In this document: positions 37,799-50,574 of the stretch, one piece after another | Layout of the letters: every line of letters begins with the position of its first letter | Numbering within the stretch: the stretch's first letter is position 1 | From: Fonticula alba ATCC 38817 | Taxonomy: Eukaryota; Protista; Nucleariida | DNA: 64,000 nt | Strand: one strand, 5' to 3' | Assembly (NCBI GenBank): GCA_000388065.2 | Contig: KB932206.1 | Notes under the pieces: model-generated | Told to the model about the DNA's origin: nothing | The model's input: the letters and a program-made list of their open reading frames with translations, nothing else | Databases searched by the model: none | Position numbers and translations under genes: made by a program

Positions 37799-40368
37799 TC
37801 ATGAGGAGGAGGCGTCTGACGGCTGACCCTGTGGGGCCAGCGGCGCGGCGTCGGTCTCCTGCCCCGGGCGCTTGAGGAGAACCACCTTGGAGAAGGGCGG
37901 CAGCTTGGGGCTCGTCGATGGGGTCGCGCCTTTCTTGGCCTTGGCGCTCTTCTTCTCCGGGGCGCCGGCCTCCTTAGAGGGCTCCGAAGAGGAGTCCTTC
38001 ACCGGCCGGGCTGACGGAGGACCAACTTCAGCCTCGGAGCTGGATGCATCCGAATTGGCACTCGGCGAAGGAGCATCGGTCGGCTTGGGCCTGTCTGGCC
38101 GCAAGAGAAGAGTCGCCGACGCCAGGGGCGGCCGGGGCTTTGGCTGCGGCGGCGGCGGCGGAGTCGGCGCCGCAGGCCCCGGCCCCGGCCCCGAGGCAGG
38201 GCTGCTGTCATCGTTGGCCGACCCGGGCGGCGTGCTGTCATGACCGCTTGGGGGGATGGGGCTGGGAGCAGGCTTGGCCACCTTGGCAGGCGGCTTGGCA
38301 AGCTTGAGGGGCTTGGCGGGCCCATCGGCCGGGGCCGCCACCACAGCGCCCTTCTTGTCGACTTTGGCCGCCTTGGCCGCCTTGGTCGCAGCCTTAGCTG
38401 CCGCCTTGGCTGCCGCCTTGGCTGCCGCCTTGGCTGCCGCCTTGGATGCCGCCTTGGTCTCGGCCTCGACCCTCTGCCTGGCCACCTTCCGGGCTGCCTT
38501 TGCCTCGAGTCTGGCAGCAGCAAGAGCCTCCGTGTCGGCCTGGGCCTTGGTCACGTCGAGGTCCACCTTGCTGTAAATCGCCACAGCTGCGGCCGCCTCG
38601 CGGTGCTTCTCCTGTGCGATGAGCCTTTGGGCGTTGGCCAGCTCGATGCACGCCTCCAGGTCAGCCCGGGCCTGCTCAATTTCGCTCGGCTCACCGCCGT
38701 CGAGAACCAGCGCATCCACATGAGCACGGGCAGTGTCAACCGCCAGCCCGGTTTGCACGGCGAGAGCCTCAGCGGCGGCGGCATCTCGCGCCGAGGACTC
38801 CGCCAACCGAAGGGCCATCTTACTTGCTGTGGCTTCAATCGAGCTCTCGGCCTGAGTGACCACGAGCGATGGTGCGGCACTCTCGGGCTGGGCAGCCGTG
38901 GCCGGGGTTGTGGCCGGGGTTGTGGTCGCAGCCGCAGCCGCAGCCGCAGCCTGAGCCGCAGCCGCAGCCTGAGCCGCAGCCGCAGCCTGAGCCGCAGCCG
39001 CAGCCGCAGCCTGAGCCGCGGCCTGAGCCCCACGATGCTTATCCGAGGCAAGACTCTGATAGGTGCTGCCCATGGTTTTGACCAGAGAGAGGGTCCTCTC
39101 AGCCAAAGTAACAACATCTGGATTGTCGGAGATCCGGATGATGGCGTCGTAATCCCTCCGAGCCTGTGTGGAGAGCTTTTGAACCTCCCGGGCCTTGTTC
39201 GTGGCCAAAGTGGCAGCCTTTTCCATGGCCTTGGCCACCTTGGCCAGCTCCCTGACACTCGGCGCCGCCGTCGCAGGGGCTTCGGCCAAAGGGGTATCCT
39301 TGGAGATCGGGTCGCCCATTTCGGGCTCTCCAGGGGCACCATCCCTGGCGACAGTCGCCTTGTCCGCCGACTCTGTGGCCTCCGCGGAAGCCAGCGTCAT
39401 GGCGAGAGCCAGCTCGCGATGCTTTTCCCTGGCGATGGCCCTGCAGCTGACGACCTTGTCAAAGCTCTTGCTCAGCACCTGGATGCCCACATCGATGGCG
39501 GTCCAGCTGCTGGAGCTGACAATCGTCTGCTCGACATTGGCCTTGCTGGTCTGGGACGCCTTCAGGGCCTCCCAGAAATTGTTCTCAGCCGCGACCGATG
39601 CCGCATGGGCCAGCTTGAGGGCAATTTGGGTGGAGGGCGATACCCCCTTCAGGGGCATCGGGGGCGTCTTGGCAGGCATCTGAGATCCGGCAGCCGAAGA
39701 AACATCCTGGGAGTCGGTCAACAGCGTCCAGTCACTCAGGACCTCATCCGCCTGGTGGAGGGCTACCAAAAGAGCCAGGACCTTGCCGGAGGCGTCGCCG
39801 TTGCCCTTCATGCCGATGAGGATTCGCACGGCCTCGGCTGACATGTTGACCGGCCGCGGGGCGGAGGGCTTCTTGACCACGACAATCGGCTTGCCGCCAG
39901 GCCCGAGGGACGTCCCACCGAGTGAGGGCTGCTCGGGCTCGGGCTCCAACTTCGGAGGCACAAAGGGCAGGTGGTTCCGAGTGACGAAGTCCCGGAGCTG
40001 AGTGACGGAGTGCATGGCCGACCAGGTTTGCTTGCAGATGACCGGCGGGAAGCTGCCTGGCGAGACAAAGGTCACCGGAGAGTCCGGGCAGGCCGGCAGC
40101 CGAATTGCCCCCGCCGGGGGGGGCTGCTCCGTGACAAGGAGGAAGTTCAGCTTCCACGTCTGAGCAAGCACATTCATCTCGCCCAGGGTCTTGGACAGCT
40201 GCTCAAATGTGGCCTGGGGCAGCTGGCTGCCAATTTGACGCATCTCATCCGGCTTCGAGTTTGTACGTGGTGACACGAGGAAGCGAGTACTACGCAAGAC
40301 ACGAGACGCACGGTTAGCAAAAGGTGGAGCACGCAAGCCGGGCGAAGGAAGGCGAGGAGCAGGAGGAC

Positions 40369-40431
<63 letters not shown>

Positions 40432-40465
40432 AAGAGAAAGAGACAGAAAGAGGGAGAGACAGAAA

Positions 40466-40512
<47 letters not shown>

Positions 40513-42533
40513 TCAGGGGGGAGGCGGAAACAATAGAAGACGCACTGAGCCAGCTGGCTGATGAACAGGTAGTACGAAAGGAACTTGTTGGCCGCCAGCT
40601 TGAGGGCCTTCTTCGAGCCGAAGGCCTTCATCTTGTCCATCTCATCGATCACTGAGAGGGCAAGTCCGATGCACGCCAGCCAGGGTCCGGTGCGGAGAGG
40701 GGAGCAGGCAGGAGCTAGGTCAGCAGTGTTGCCGGAGAAGAGGGCAGAACAACACACCGGGAGGATGCGCACGCTGGGCCGGAACAAGCATCATGGAGTG
40801 CGGGGTGTCGGTGAGGATTCGCGTGGTAATCGAGGCGAACCGGCTCACCGACGTGGCATCGAATACAAAGCAGTCGATGGAAATCTGATTCTTGGCCAAC
40901 GGCAGAGAGGTTGATGAGGCGGCTTTGGTTGCCGACTTCCCGGTGTCGTGCGCCGGCTTCAGGATCTTGGCGGCCGGTGCCTTGTTGGCCTTGGCCGACG
41001 ACATTGACGCCCTCCTCACCCGCAATAAGAGCGGCGCGAAGGGAAGATACTCGTCGGGCGGGATCGCATTCAGATTCTTCACCTTCACTCGTGACTACAG
41101 GGCATGGCCAAGATCAGAAGACAAGAGTAGGTGAGGGCATAGGGAAGTGGTCAGGCGCCAGTGGAGGAAGAAAAAAACCATGCACATGCACCTGACACAT
41201 GGGCACCCATCTAAAAAGACGAATTACAACGCACAAGCAGCGACCCGTCATCGGGGAGCACTTTGCCCTCCTCGAAGATCTGCAAAGTGGGGATGATGAG
41301 GATTTGGAGAAATGTCACCATTGGGACCGGTCCAATTCTGGGTAAGAACGCGCAAACACAGTGGGTTTGTGTCTCCCCTGGCCCCCTCGCTCTTCCATAC
41401 GAGCGCATCAACGGGCCAGATGGAAGGGGACAGATGGAACGTACTTCACAGTGCTTCACCAGCAGTTGATACAGCTGTACGAAGAAGAACCGCGCCAGGC
41501 GCTCGGATGGCTTATTGAGGCTAATGCGACATGGGAAGCCACCAAGGACAGGAGTTAGTCGGAGGGGGGGAGGGGGGGGGGGAGCGAGGGCGCATGCTCG
41601 GCAGGGTGGGGCAAGGGAACAGGCAACAACCGCTCCACCAGACGCACGAGTAGTACTTCTTCGGCAAAAAATCCTGGTAGTAGCTGGAGTAGTGCGGAGC
41701 CCAGAACATCAGGGCGTCCAGCAGGGCGCAAACCGGATGCGCCTTCAGCTGACGGAAGGGCGGATGAATGACCTGGTCGGTGATGCCCCAGAGATTGGCG
41801 ATCTCCACCAGAACGGCCGCCAGATTACGCCGGTTTGGGAATTGCGCCTTCTTCAGCTTTCGGCCTCCGACTGCGGCGAAATGCATAGGTCGAGTCAGTT
41901 GGGCGACAGGATGCCTATTGAAAGAGGGCATGAAAATGGGCAAGAAAAGAGCGAGAGGGGGGGGGGGGGGCATGAACGCACAGAAATTGGGGAACGAGTC
42001 GTAGATGACGAACAGAGCCCCAAAGAGAACTGGCCCCCAGCTGTCGATGCCGAGGAAGTGACCAAAGGTCTTGTGCTGATCAAGAAGACGAATAAGGATG
42101 GTGGCGATGGCGTCTAGAGCCCAGTGGAACTTGGTGGCCGTTGCTTCTGCCAATCGCAGCGCGTCCCAAGGATGTCAGGGAGGCTGTGTCATGCATGGGA
42201 TTCCCACCACGGCGGAGGGAAGGGGAGAAGGGGGAAATACGGAAAAGAGGGACAGGTGCCGGCGTCAAAAAAAAAACGTACTGTCGTTGGGATTCAAACT
42301 GCAGGTTGCCAGGACACTGAAGATGAAGTTCGGAAGAAGCTGCGTGTTCTCGTACAACAGGAGGGACTTGGAGTTGTTGAGGAACCCAGCTGTCAGCGAG
42401 TTCTCCGTGTACCGGAAGAAGAGCGGCGCCAGTGAGGGAATGGATGCAAGGTGCCTGTCCAACGTGCGGGAGAGGGGATAAGAGGAGTGGGTGACGTGGA
42501 AGGAGCGTTAATCGAACAGGGGAGGGTGCCAGG

Positions 42534-42571
<38 letters not shown>

Positions 42572-43750
42572 CAGTGGGACCGACGGAGCACACGTACATC
42601 ATCGGATGAGGCGAAGCATCGGCCAGATCAGGACGGAAGGACAGGAACGCAAGTACCCGAGACCAGGCACTGAATTAAAGGACGGGGGAGGGGGGGGGGA
42701 GGGGTGAGGGACAATCCAAAGAGAACCAAGCAGAGATGGGAGATGGAGGGGGAGAGGGGGGGGGGGGGGGGGGGGCACGCACTGCCCCGATCGGAGAATC
42801 TCAAAGTGCTGCATATGCTCGGCAACCTGGACAGGGTCCTTTTCGGTATTACTTCAAACGGGACGGCACGGGACGGAGGAAGGTGGACAAGGGATCAGAA
42901 CAAGCAATAGGCAGGATGGCGTGGCAAAAGCGGGAGGGGGGGACAATATCAGGGCCACCGGTGATGGGCGTACAACAGCAGGAAGAATGCAACCTGGGCA
43001 AGCTCGTCTGATGTGCGGATTCGCGGGGGAGGGAGGAGAGAGGGGGGCGGGGGAAAGGGGAGATGAGAAGGAGGAAAACAACGATGGCCAGCAGAGATGT
43101 GACGCAGGAGTGAGGATGGGCCGACACCGAGTCGGGGAAGGCGCACCAGTTGGAAATTTCCTGTTCGAGCGGAAAGCTACGCCAGCAGGGCGGGGACGAG
43201 GGCGGTGAGTTGACAGATCCGGCAGACGAACAACACCTCAGGGAGAAGGCTGAAACGCACAGGACGCCGCGTAAAACAGAAAGATCTTGGCGTTGTTGGT
43301 GCGGATCGTGCTGAATGGCATTGGCTTGTCCGGGACATTCAGCGCGATGTAGTGCTCCTCGGCCAATGCGACCTCCAAAGACATCTTGGCCAGCTTGGAG
43401 GACTTTTTGTCGGATTTGGTCGTCTCGGCATTCGTCGCGGGTGGAGGCTGGACAGAAGGTCAGGACTGGGGCCTCCGCGGTTGAAGGGAGAACGCGGCGA
43501 TCGAGGGAATGTACCTTGTCGGCTGGCGAATAGGGCACCTCCGAGAAGAGGTCTTCCGGAAACTCGTGGTCGGAAGTCAACGCGCTGAGGCTATTGGAGG
43601 GGGAGGGGGGGGGGAGGTCGGGGGAGGACGAGAGGGTCAGAACGCCTGCATATGTGTGAGGCGAGGGGAGCCGCGAATGGCGCACATGGATCTGACAAGC
43701 TTGGGTGCCACCATGGGGGACACCTCAATCAGGCTGGCGTCATCAGCCAT
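37799..43750 (-). CDS. Hypothetical protein, 16 exons, ~1383 aa, no family recognised; Ala/Lys/Pro-rich C-terminal half
   Basis: Exons 43750-43686, 43590-43515, 43447-43261, 43176-43147, 43007-42959, 42851-42783, 42669-42598, 42454-42282, 42146-41982, 41870-41648, 41520-41445, 41279-41235, 41094-40849, 40773-40758, 40714-40546 and 40289-37799 join in one stop-free frame with GT..AG at all 15 introns. The terminal exon corresponds to the 845-aa ORF. Confidence 0.75.
38365..39027 (-). repeat. Coding tandem repeats in the orphan gene: AQAAAA units (~38929-39027) and KAAA units (~38365-38460)
   Basis: GCCGCAGCCTGAGCCGCA-type and GCCGCCTTGGCT-type units on the + strand; the ORF translation reads AQAAAQAAAAAAAQAAAAAQ and KAAAKAAAKAAAK. 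Confidence 0.9.
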
Positions 43751-44875
43751 CTTTGCTTGGGGGAGCTGGGGATGAGGCCGGCAGGGAGTCCCACGTCCTC
43801 CGAGAGGTGGAGGTGTGGGAGAGCGTGAAATGTAGATGCCGGGAGAGGGGAGGGGGGGAGGCGAGACCCGGGGAAGGGAAGGGAGGTACTGGGCAGGGAG
43901 GAGGCAAGAGCGAAGGAGAAGAGGGCGGGCTGAGGTGATGCAATAAAAAAAGATCAGTGAGAGGACGGATAGGACAACCAGCCGTGGGTGTGCGGGGATC
44001 TTGGTGGCTCCTGAATAAGGGCGTGGATCCCGGCCCCAGGGGAGGTTGAAATGATGCCCCAATCGCAGAGGCCGGGAGCCGGGCAGCACAAGACGCGAAG
44101 AAGGCACGAGCAAGGGATAATAATAGTCCAGTGGGGAGAAGATGGGGAGGGAGGGTGGCAGTTCGCGCCATTGCCAGGGCGAGGGCCGTGGGTGGTCATG
44201 CGCGCTATCACGTGCCGTCCCGTGATGTGGCCAGTCGACTGACACCCGAATCAGCTCCACCGGTCCGGATCGCCCGGACAGTGCAGGCCTCCATCGCCGG
44301 TGGACGCGCACGCCCCCCCTCCCCCCCCTCCCCCGCCTGCGCGAATGTGCGAGGCAACGCCAGCATTTTGGCAGACGTGGGGGGGGGGGGGGGGGATGGG
44401 AGACAGAGGTGTCTGTCGCCCGCCCACCCGAACAGACCGAGGAGGGAAGGGGGGCGTGCGCTGGCAGCCCCCACCAGACCTTGGGCCGGCGGTTGCCGAG
44501 CAAATCGAACGCGAACACCGCCTAGACGCCTCATTCTCCCCAGGGGGGAGTCAGCTCCGTCTGCCTGGATCAGGAGTCCCGAGCGAGACGCGCGCGCGCG
44601 CCCTGGCGCCGGCTCCCCTTTCATGCTGGACTTCTTTCTATCTCTTTTGCCCGGTCCCCCGCCCGCCCCCCGCCCCCCCGCCCCCCCCTCCGCCGTGCCC
44701 CAGGGCACACGAATCGCGGTGGTCTTCCTCATCCCCATCGAGAGGGCCCAACCTGCCAGCCCACCAGGAATCAAATCCCCTCAACAGTCCTCCTCTTCTG
44801 CCGCATCTCCCCTGCCCCCGCCCCCCTCGCCCCTTTCCTGCGCCCCGCCCCTTCGCAAACCGACACACCCTCACC

Positions 44876-45247
44876 ATGGAGCACCGTATCGATAGGCAGG
44901 AGTTCATTGGCCACTTCCTGGACGCCATGGCCCAACGGCCGATCCAGGTCCCGATGGTGGACTCCAGTCAGGTGGCCTCGGCTGGCGACGAATCGTACAA
45001 GATCCGCCTCTCGGTGGTCGGCGTGAAGGCCAAGCCGACCGATGCCCTGGAGGTCCCGGGCACCGCCACCATCGGCGATGTGTACTCCAAGATCGCCGAG
45101 GCCCTCTTCCAGCTCCCCGGCGCCGAGGGGAAGTCCCTGCGCCTGGTCTTCAATGGCCATGTCATCGCCGAGGGGTCGCCTCGGTTGGCCGTCGAGTTTT
45201 TCAAGACCAACCTCTCGCCCCTGTGCCATGCTATTCTGAAGGACTGA
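44876..45247 (+). CDS. Get5/Mdy2-like ubiquitin-like protein, single exon, 123 aa
   Basis: The N-terminal QEFIGHFLDAMAQRPIQVP resembles the fungal Get5 Get4-binding segment (yeast HEFVSKFL..PKLP). It is followed by a UBL-like pattern: KIRLSVV..TATIGDVYSKIA..LRLVFNGHVI. Confidence 0.6.
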   Translation: MEHRIDRQEFIGHFLDAMAQRPIQVPMVDSSQVASAGDESYKIRLSVVGVKAKPTDALEVPGTATIGDVYSKIAEALFQLPGAEGKSLRLVFNGHVIAEGSPRLAVEFFKTNLSPLCHAILKD

Positions 45248-45706
45248 ATTCTGACGGTGGGTCCCATGGGCGTCACCATACCACACCCTTTGCCATGGTG
45301 GTTGCGCGCCCGAACGCGTGTGCATGGCTTGCGCCTACGCCTGCAATATACATCCATAAATACATACACATTTACATGTATCTACGCACGCACGCGCGCG
45401 TGCGCGTTTGGGTATGCCTGCCCGCATCCCGTATGATGTCTTCTGTCCCCTGCTCCCTGTTCCGGCCTGGGGGGAGGGGGGGGGGGGCGGGGCGTATTCC
45501 CCCTACCCCTCCAACACACACACACACACACACACACACCTATGGTCATAAACATGCAAGCCCCCCAAGCCCCGAGGCCCAGTGACGCTGTGTCGGCAGA
45601 AAAAAAAACATCACACAGACACCTGTATACATACAAAGGGGCACATGCGTCCCGAGGGGAGGACATGAGGGCCCTTCGCAAACAACGGGCAAGCCACTTC
45701 CCGAGG

Positions 45707-47728
45707 CTACACCGAGTAGCCGAGCTGCTTGATGAGGTTCTCGCAGGCTCGGCGTCGGTTTCGGTTGGCCGTGCTCCAGGATCCAAGGAGTGACCGGTGC
45801 CGGTAAATGGCCCGCGCCAGGTTGTCCCGCTCGGTGCGCGACGAACAGCTGATCCCCCGCAGCGAGAGCGAAGACAGCTTGGTGGTGGAGAGCGATAGAA
45901 CACGAGCGATCTTCCGTGTGTAGGGGGCGGAGCGGGAGAAAGGAGCGACGAGAGTGAGCAAAGGGTTTGGGGGGGGGGGCGGCCATCCAGGTGGCGACAA
46001 CAACAGCGAGCCGGAGAGCGCCAGAAAGAGAAGGAAGAAAAAGGGGAGACACATGAAAAGGGAACGGATGCACACCTCAGCCACATCGAAGAAGAGAGCC
46101 TCGCACATGCCCAGATTCCCCACCGACTGGTTGATCGACCGGGTCAACACAGCCACCAACACACAGATGGCATATGCGCCGGCGCGGTCGACCCCGGCCT
46201 CGGAGCTGTCCGCCTCGGAGAAGAGTGTCGAGGCATTCGGCAAGTCACGACTGGCGCCGGGAGTGCTGGCACCCGCGAGACCAGGCGCGCCGCCACTCCC
46301 CAAGCCTGCCCCCGGGCCGCCACCAGGACCACCGAAGGACCGGCGCGCTCCCCCGGGAAGGTCGCCCAGCGGCGCAACACCCAGCGACCCCCGGGGCCCG
46401 GCTGCCGGGGCGCCCGATCCACGGGATGGGTCCTTCGCCTGCTTGCTGCCCACTGCCCCGGCGGCCAGGCCGCACAGCCGCCCAAGGAGCAGGTCGCGCG
46501 AGCGCTCGGCCACCGCCAGGGCCACGATATTGCGCACATCGCCCGGGACATCGAGCGCCGACAGGGTCGACTGAATGTAGAGCCCCACTTCGCTGTCGGC
46601 CAGCTGGAAGAATTTCAAGCCAAGACCACTGCGGAAGCGGCCAGCCGCATCGGCCGCCCCCGAGCCGGGCCCCTCGCCGAGGCTGGCCCCGGCCCCGGGC
46701 CCCGGGGCCGACATGGATGCCAGCGACCGGGCCGAGGTGACAGACGGCGTGGGCGAGGGAGGCCGTGAAGACCCAGCCCGTGAGACGATGCCACTGATGC
46801 TCGGACTGCGGCTGAGGTTGCCTGGCGAGCTGGCCCCCTCCGGCAGGTGCCCAGGCGAGAGGGATGCCCTCGAGCCGGAAGACAACGAGTCGCCACTGGC
46901 GACATTGGTGTTGGTCGATGAGAAGGCCGAGAAGAGCCGGAATCCGGAAAAGCGCGGGCTGCCGGGCGAACCGGCCGACGAGGCCATTTGACTGGATGCC
47001 TCGATGGCGGCCGCCTCGGCCGACTCCAGCAGCTCCTGCTCATCGAGGAAGTCCCCGGACCCGGTTTCCTTGGACGCCTGGACCTCGGCCTGTGCCTGGC
47101 CATAGAAGGTCTCGAAGCAGCTCTCCACGCGGATGATCAGGCACCGGGAAACGAAGTCGTGGCATCGGGCGATGGCTGCCACGGCGGCCAGCTCCGCTTC
47201 GGCCAAGTGCACCCCGACGCCGCGATCGGCCGTTCGTTCGCGCGCCGCCCGCTCGGCCACCTTCGGGATGACTCGGTTAGACATGAAGTGGGCCGTTTTC
47301 AGGCTGAGCGCCGCTTCATGGGGGGTGAAGTCCGCCGGCGAAAGGGACTCCAAGGGCGGGGAGATGACCAGGCACGCGCGCGACAGGAGGCTCTCAACAA
47401 ACCGGACAATGGCATAGTCGCTGTCTGAGGAAGATGCATGCGGGAAGCCACTGGCAAAGGCGTACGCCCCGTCGATGAAGAGGACCAGCTCTCGGAGCAG
47501 CCGGCGCATGCTGTTCAGGGAAGTCTCCACCGACAGCAGGGCCGGGGCATTGGCCAGGGCCGCGGCATCGTGCGGCGGCCCGGACGTCAGGGCTGTCATG
47601 GATGAGAGAATGCTTCGGAGATCGGGGGTTGTCAGCTCCAGATGCTTGGCCAGCAGGCGCGACAGGAGATCCAGCAAATGGCCGGTATACAGGGCACCGG
47701 TGGGTCCGGAGCCGATTGCCGTCGCTGA

Positions 47729-47763
<35 letters not shown>

Positions 47764-50574
47764 TGACTTCCTGCTCGGTGGAACGCGGCCCAAACAGGGG
47801 AGCCGCGCGAACGGCCTGCCCATTGGCGGCACCCGCATTTCCCGGGCCACCGGCCGCAGGGGCAGTTGGACCAGATCCGGCCCCAGCCCCGGTCGCGGCC
47901 CCGGTCGCCGAGGAACCCGGCAAGGCCCCACGCGAGGTCAAGTACTCAAGCGCCCGGTGCCCATCTAGCGAGTAGGCTGACGAGATGTCCGCCGACTCCA
48001 GGGGCGACATGAGCGAGGTGGCCGCCGAAACGAAGGCCAAAATCCGGCACCGCAAGGCCAGGAGCGATTGCTTCGAATGCACCGAGTTGATGACCGGGGC
48101 AAGCAGTGCCAGCAGGCGCTGCGTGGCGAACACCCACAGCTCGGAAACCTGCACACGGGAATGCCCACCAGAAAGAGAGGGAGGGGGGGGGGGAGTTAGC
48201 CAAATGCACCATTGCCCCGGGTGCGCCGCCCTCGCCGCAAACAACATACCAGCTTGAAGTCCGTGATGTGCTCCAGCCAGGAGTAGGCGGCCGCCGCCTC
48301 GATGGCAAAGAAGCCCACCACATCTGACAGGACTTGATCGGCCTTCAGCAACTCGGAGGGGGAGATGTCAACCCCCGGAGGGGCACGGGGCCCGGGCGAT
48401 CCGAGAGACCGCCGCGACTCGGGGAACCCATGCTCCGAGCCACCCTCGCCCGGGGACAGCCCGGTGGAGGAGGACTCCGATTGCAGGGACACGGTCAGGG
48501 CCAGGTCGAGCTGGAGCTTGCGATTCTTCGCGTAATACTGCGCCAGGGTGGCGAAGGTGCCCAGGGTGGCGGCGATGTGCTGCGACCGGTAGAGCGGCAC
48601 GAAGGACACCAAATCCTCCACCGACTCGATGATCGGGGTGGATGCCAGCATGTCGGAGATGACCGACCCCGGGGGCCGACCGGCCGGCGAGGCTGCCCCC
48701 ATGCTGGTGATGGCCGTCAGCGAGTGCGACGCCGTATTGAAGCCAGCCACCTCGTGCACTGGCAGGGAGAAGATTTGCCCGCTTTGGGGCAGGGTTTGGG
48801 TGGACTGGCCAAGCAGCAGGATGGCCGCCTGAAGTCGGGCCCGGCCGACCTCCTGCGCCACCGAGCGAATCCTGGCGAGGTGAGGATAGAGGGAGGTGAG
48901 AAGAAAGCAGCAGGAGCCCCCCGAGGCCGGTGTCAGGGCTCAAGGAAGACAGCGCGGGGGCGGGGCGGGGCGGGGCGGGGCGGGGGGGGGGGGGGGGCGG
49001 GGCGGGAGGCGAGAGGGGCAAAGGCCGGACGCACTGCTCAAGCCACTTTTGGAGCTCATCCCGCGCGCGGGACAGGATCCACGCCCGGACATCGGCCACA
49101 AAGAGCACCACCGACTGGTCCAACGGACTGAGCAGGGGATTCCGACCGGACCCGGCACTGCCGGCGGCGGCGGCCTCGGCCGAATTGAGGCCATCGCCAA
49201 GACGCCCGGCCGTGGAAGATGACGGCCCGGAAACCCCGCCGCCATAGGCATGCAGCAGGGGCGCATGCGTCGTGGTGAGGGCCATATTTTGGATGGTGCT
49301 GTAGAGCCGCTCGCACGTTCGGATGGCGGCATAGTACTTCTTGGAGTGCGTCCGACTGAGGATTTCGCCCACCGCCAAGACCGTCAGCCGGGCCCGATGC
49401 AGGGTCCCCTTGGCTCGAGTGATGTTCTTCTTGGCACGATTTACCTTTTCGATGTAGCCATCCTGCCAGCGAGCGGCCAAAAGTGGGCGAACAAAGGAAG
49501 GTGACAACCAAGTCAGCAAGACCCCGAAGGAGGGCAGACACATGCAGGGAGGCCGGGGACCGGGCGTGAAACACGCACAAACAGGAGAAGCTCATTGCCC
49601 GAGCCCTCCAGGCACTCGGCCAGGGTGCGAATCGATTCGGCCAGGCCGATGGCCGCCGCATGGCTGCCCTGGAGCTTCTCCACACTGGACACGAAGGCCT
49701 CATAGTGGTCGGTGCAGAGGCGAACGATTTGCGCGTGGCGCGCATCTCGGCACTGGATCAATGACTGGTGGAAGGCCCGCACCGCAGCCGGCGTGGCGAT
49801 GGACAGGACCTCGGTCGCGGCCGATGCCTTGGCTCGCATGCCCTTGCCGTCGGTGCCAGCTCCGCCCGGGCCCCCGGCCCCGGCCGTGGTGTACAAATCA
49901 CGCAACATCGACCCGAGGGTCGGTGGCAGGGACACCGACGCGGCGCTGGGCCGGATAACCGGCCCATCCAGGTGCTCGCCATAGGCATAGGTGAAGGCAC
50001 TGCTGGACCCCGCTCCCCCGGCAGCGGTACCACTCAGCGAGGCGGTCGAGGTGGACCGCTTGTATGCCCCAGCCCCGGGACCGGAAGGGGCAGGCCCCCC
50101 TGAGGAGGGCCCGGCCCCGGGGCCTGCCTCCGGGGCCTGAAAGATCCGGGCCGAGGGCCCGGCCCCGGCCCCTGGCTGATTGCCGGTCAGCCGGGGGCTG
50201 AACATGAGAGGCTGAAGGGACTTGAGCGAGGCAGTCGATCCGGCCACCTGGGAGGCCGACGCCGAGGCCACTGACGCCAAGGCCATCGATCGGGATGCTC
50301 CCAATCCCGAGCCCGCGCCGGGGCCCTGCTCGGTCGGGCTCGACGGACGCGAAGAATCCGAATCATCGGGATCCTCGACGGCCAGCGGTCCCCCACCAAG
50401 CAGCGCCCCGCTGGCAGCCAACAGGGCATCCTGCGGTGAGGAGAGCGAAGAAAAGAGGTTTTGCAAAACGAAGTCCGGCCGGTTGGACGGGTCCAGGATG
50501 CTGGAGCGCGTGGCGGCGAAGCCTACCGGCGAGAGGACCAACTGGTCGGCGAAGGAGCGAAAATCCTCGGACAT
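45707..50574 (-). CDS. EXOC6: Exocyst subunit Sec15/EXOC6, 5 exons, ~1440 aa
   Basis: Exons 50574-49579, 49462-49035, 48871-48250, 48148-46076 and 45910-45707 are in phase. IVRLCTDHYEAFVSSVEKL, KKYYAAIRTCERL, FVPLYRSQHIAATLG..YYAKNRKLQLDL, VVGFFAIE and SELWVFA match remembered Sec15 blocks. Confidence 0.85.

Noticed and set aside
37799-43750. Transposon or viral origin of the orphan gene
   Set aside because: No transposase, reverse transcriptase, integrase or capsid motifs, no terminal repeats seen, and 15 host-type introns.
45707-50574. Zw10 identity for the CATCHR-like helical protein, which would make an RZZ gene cluster with Zwilch
   Set aside because: The motif blocks match Sec15/EXOC6 specifically, not Zw10.
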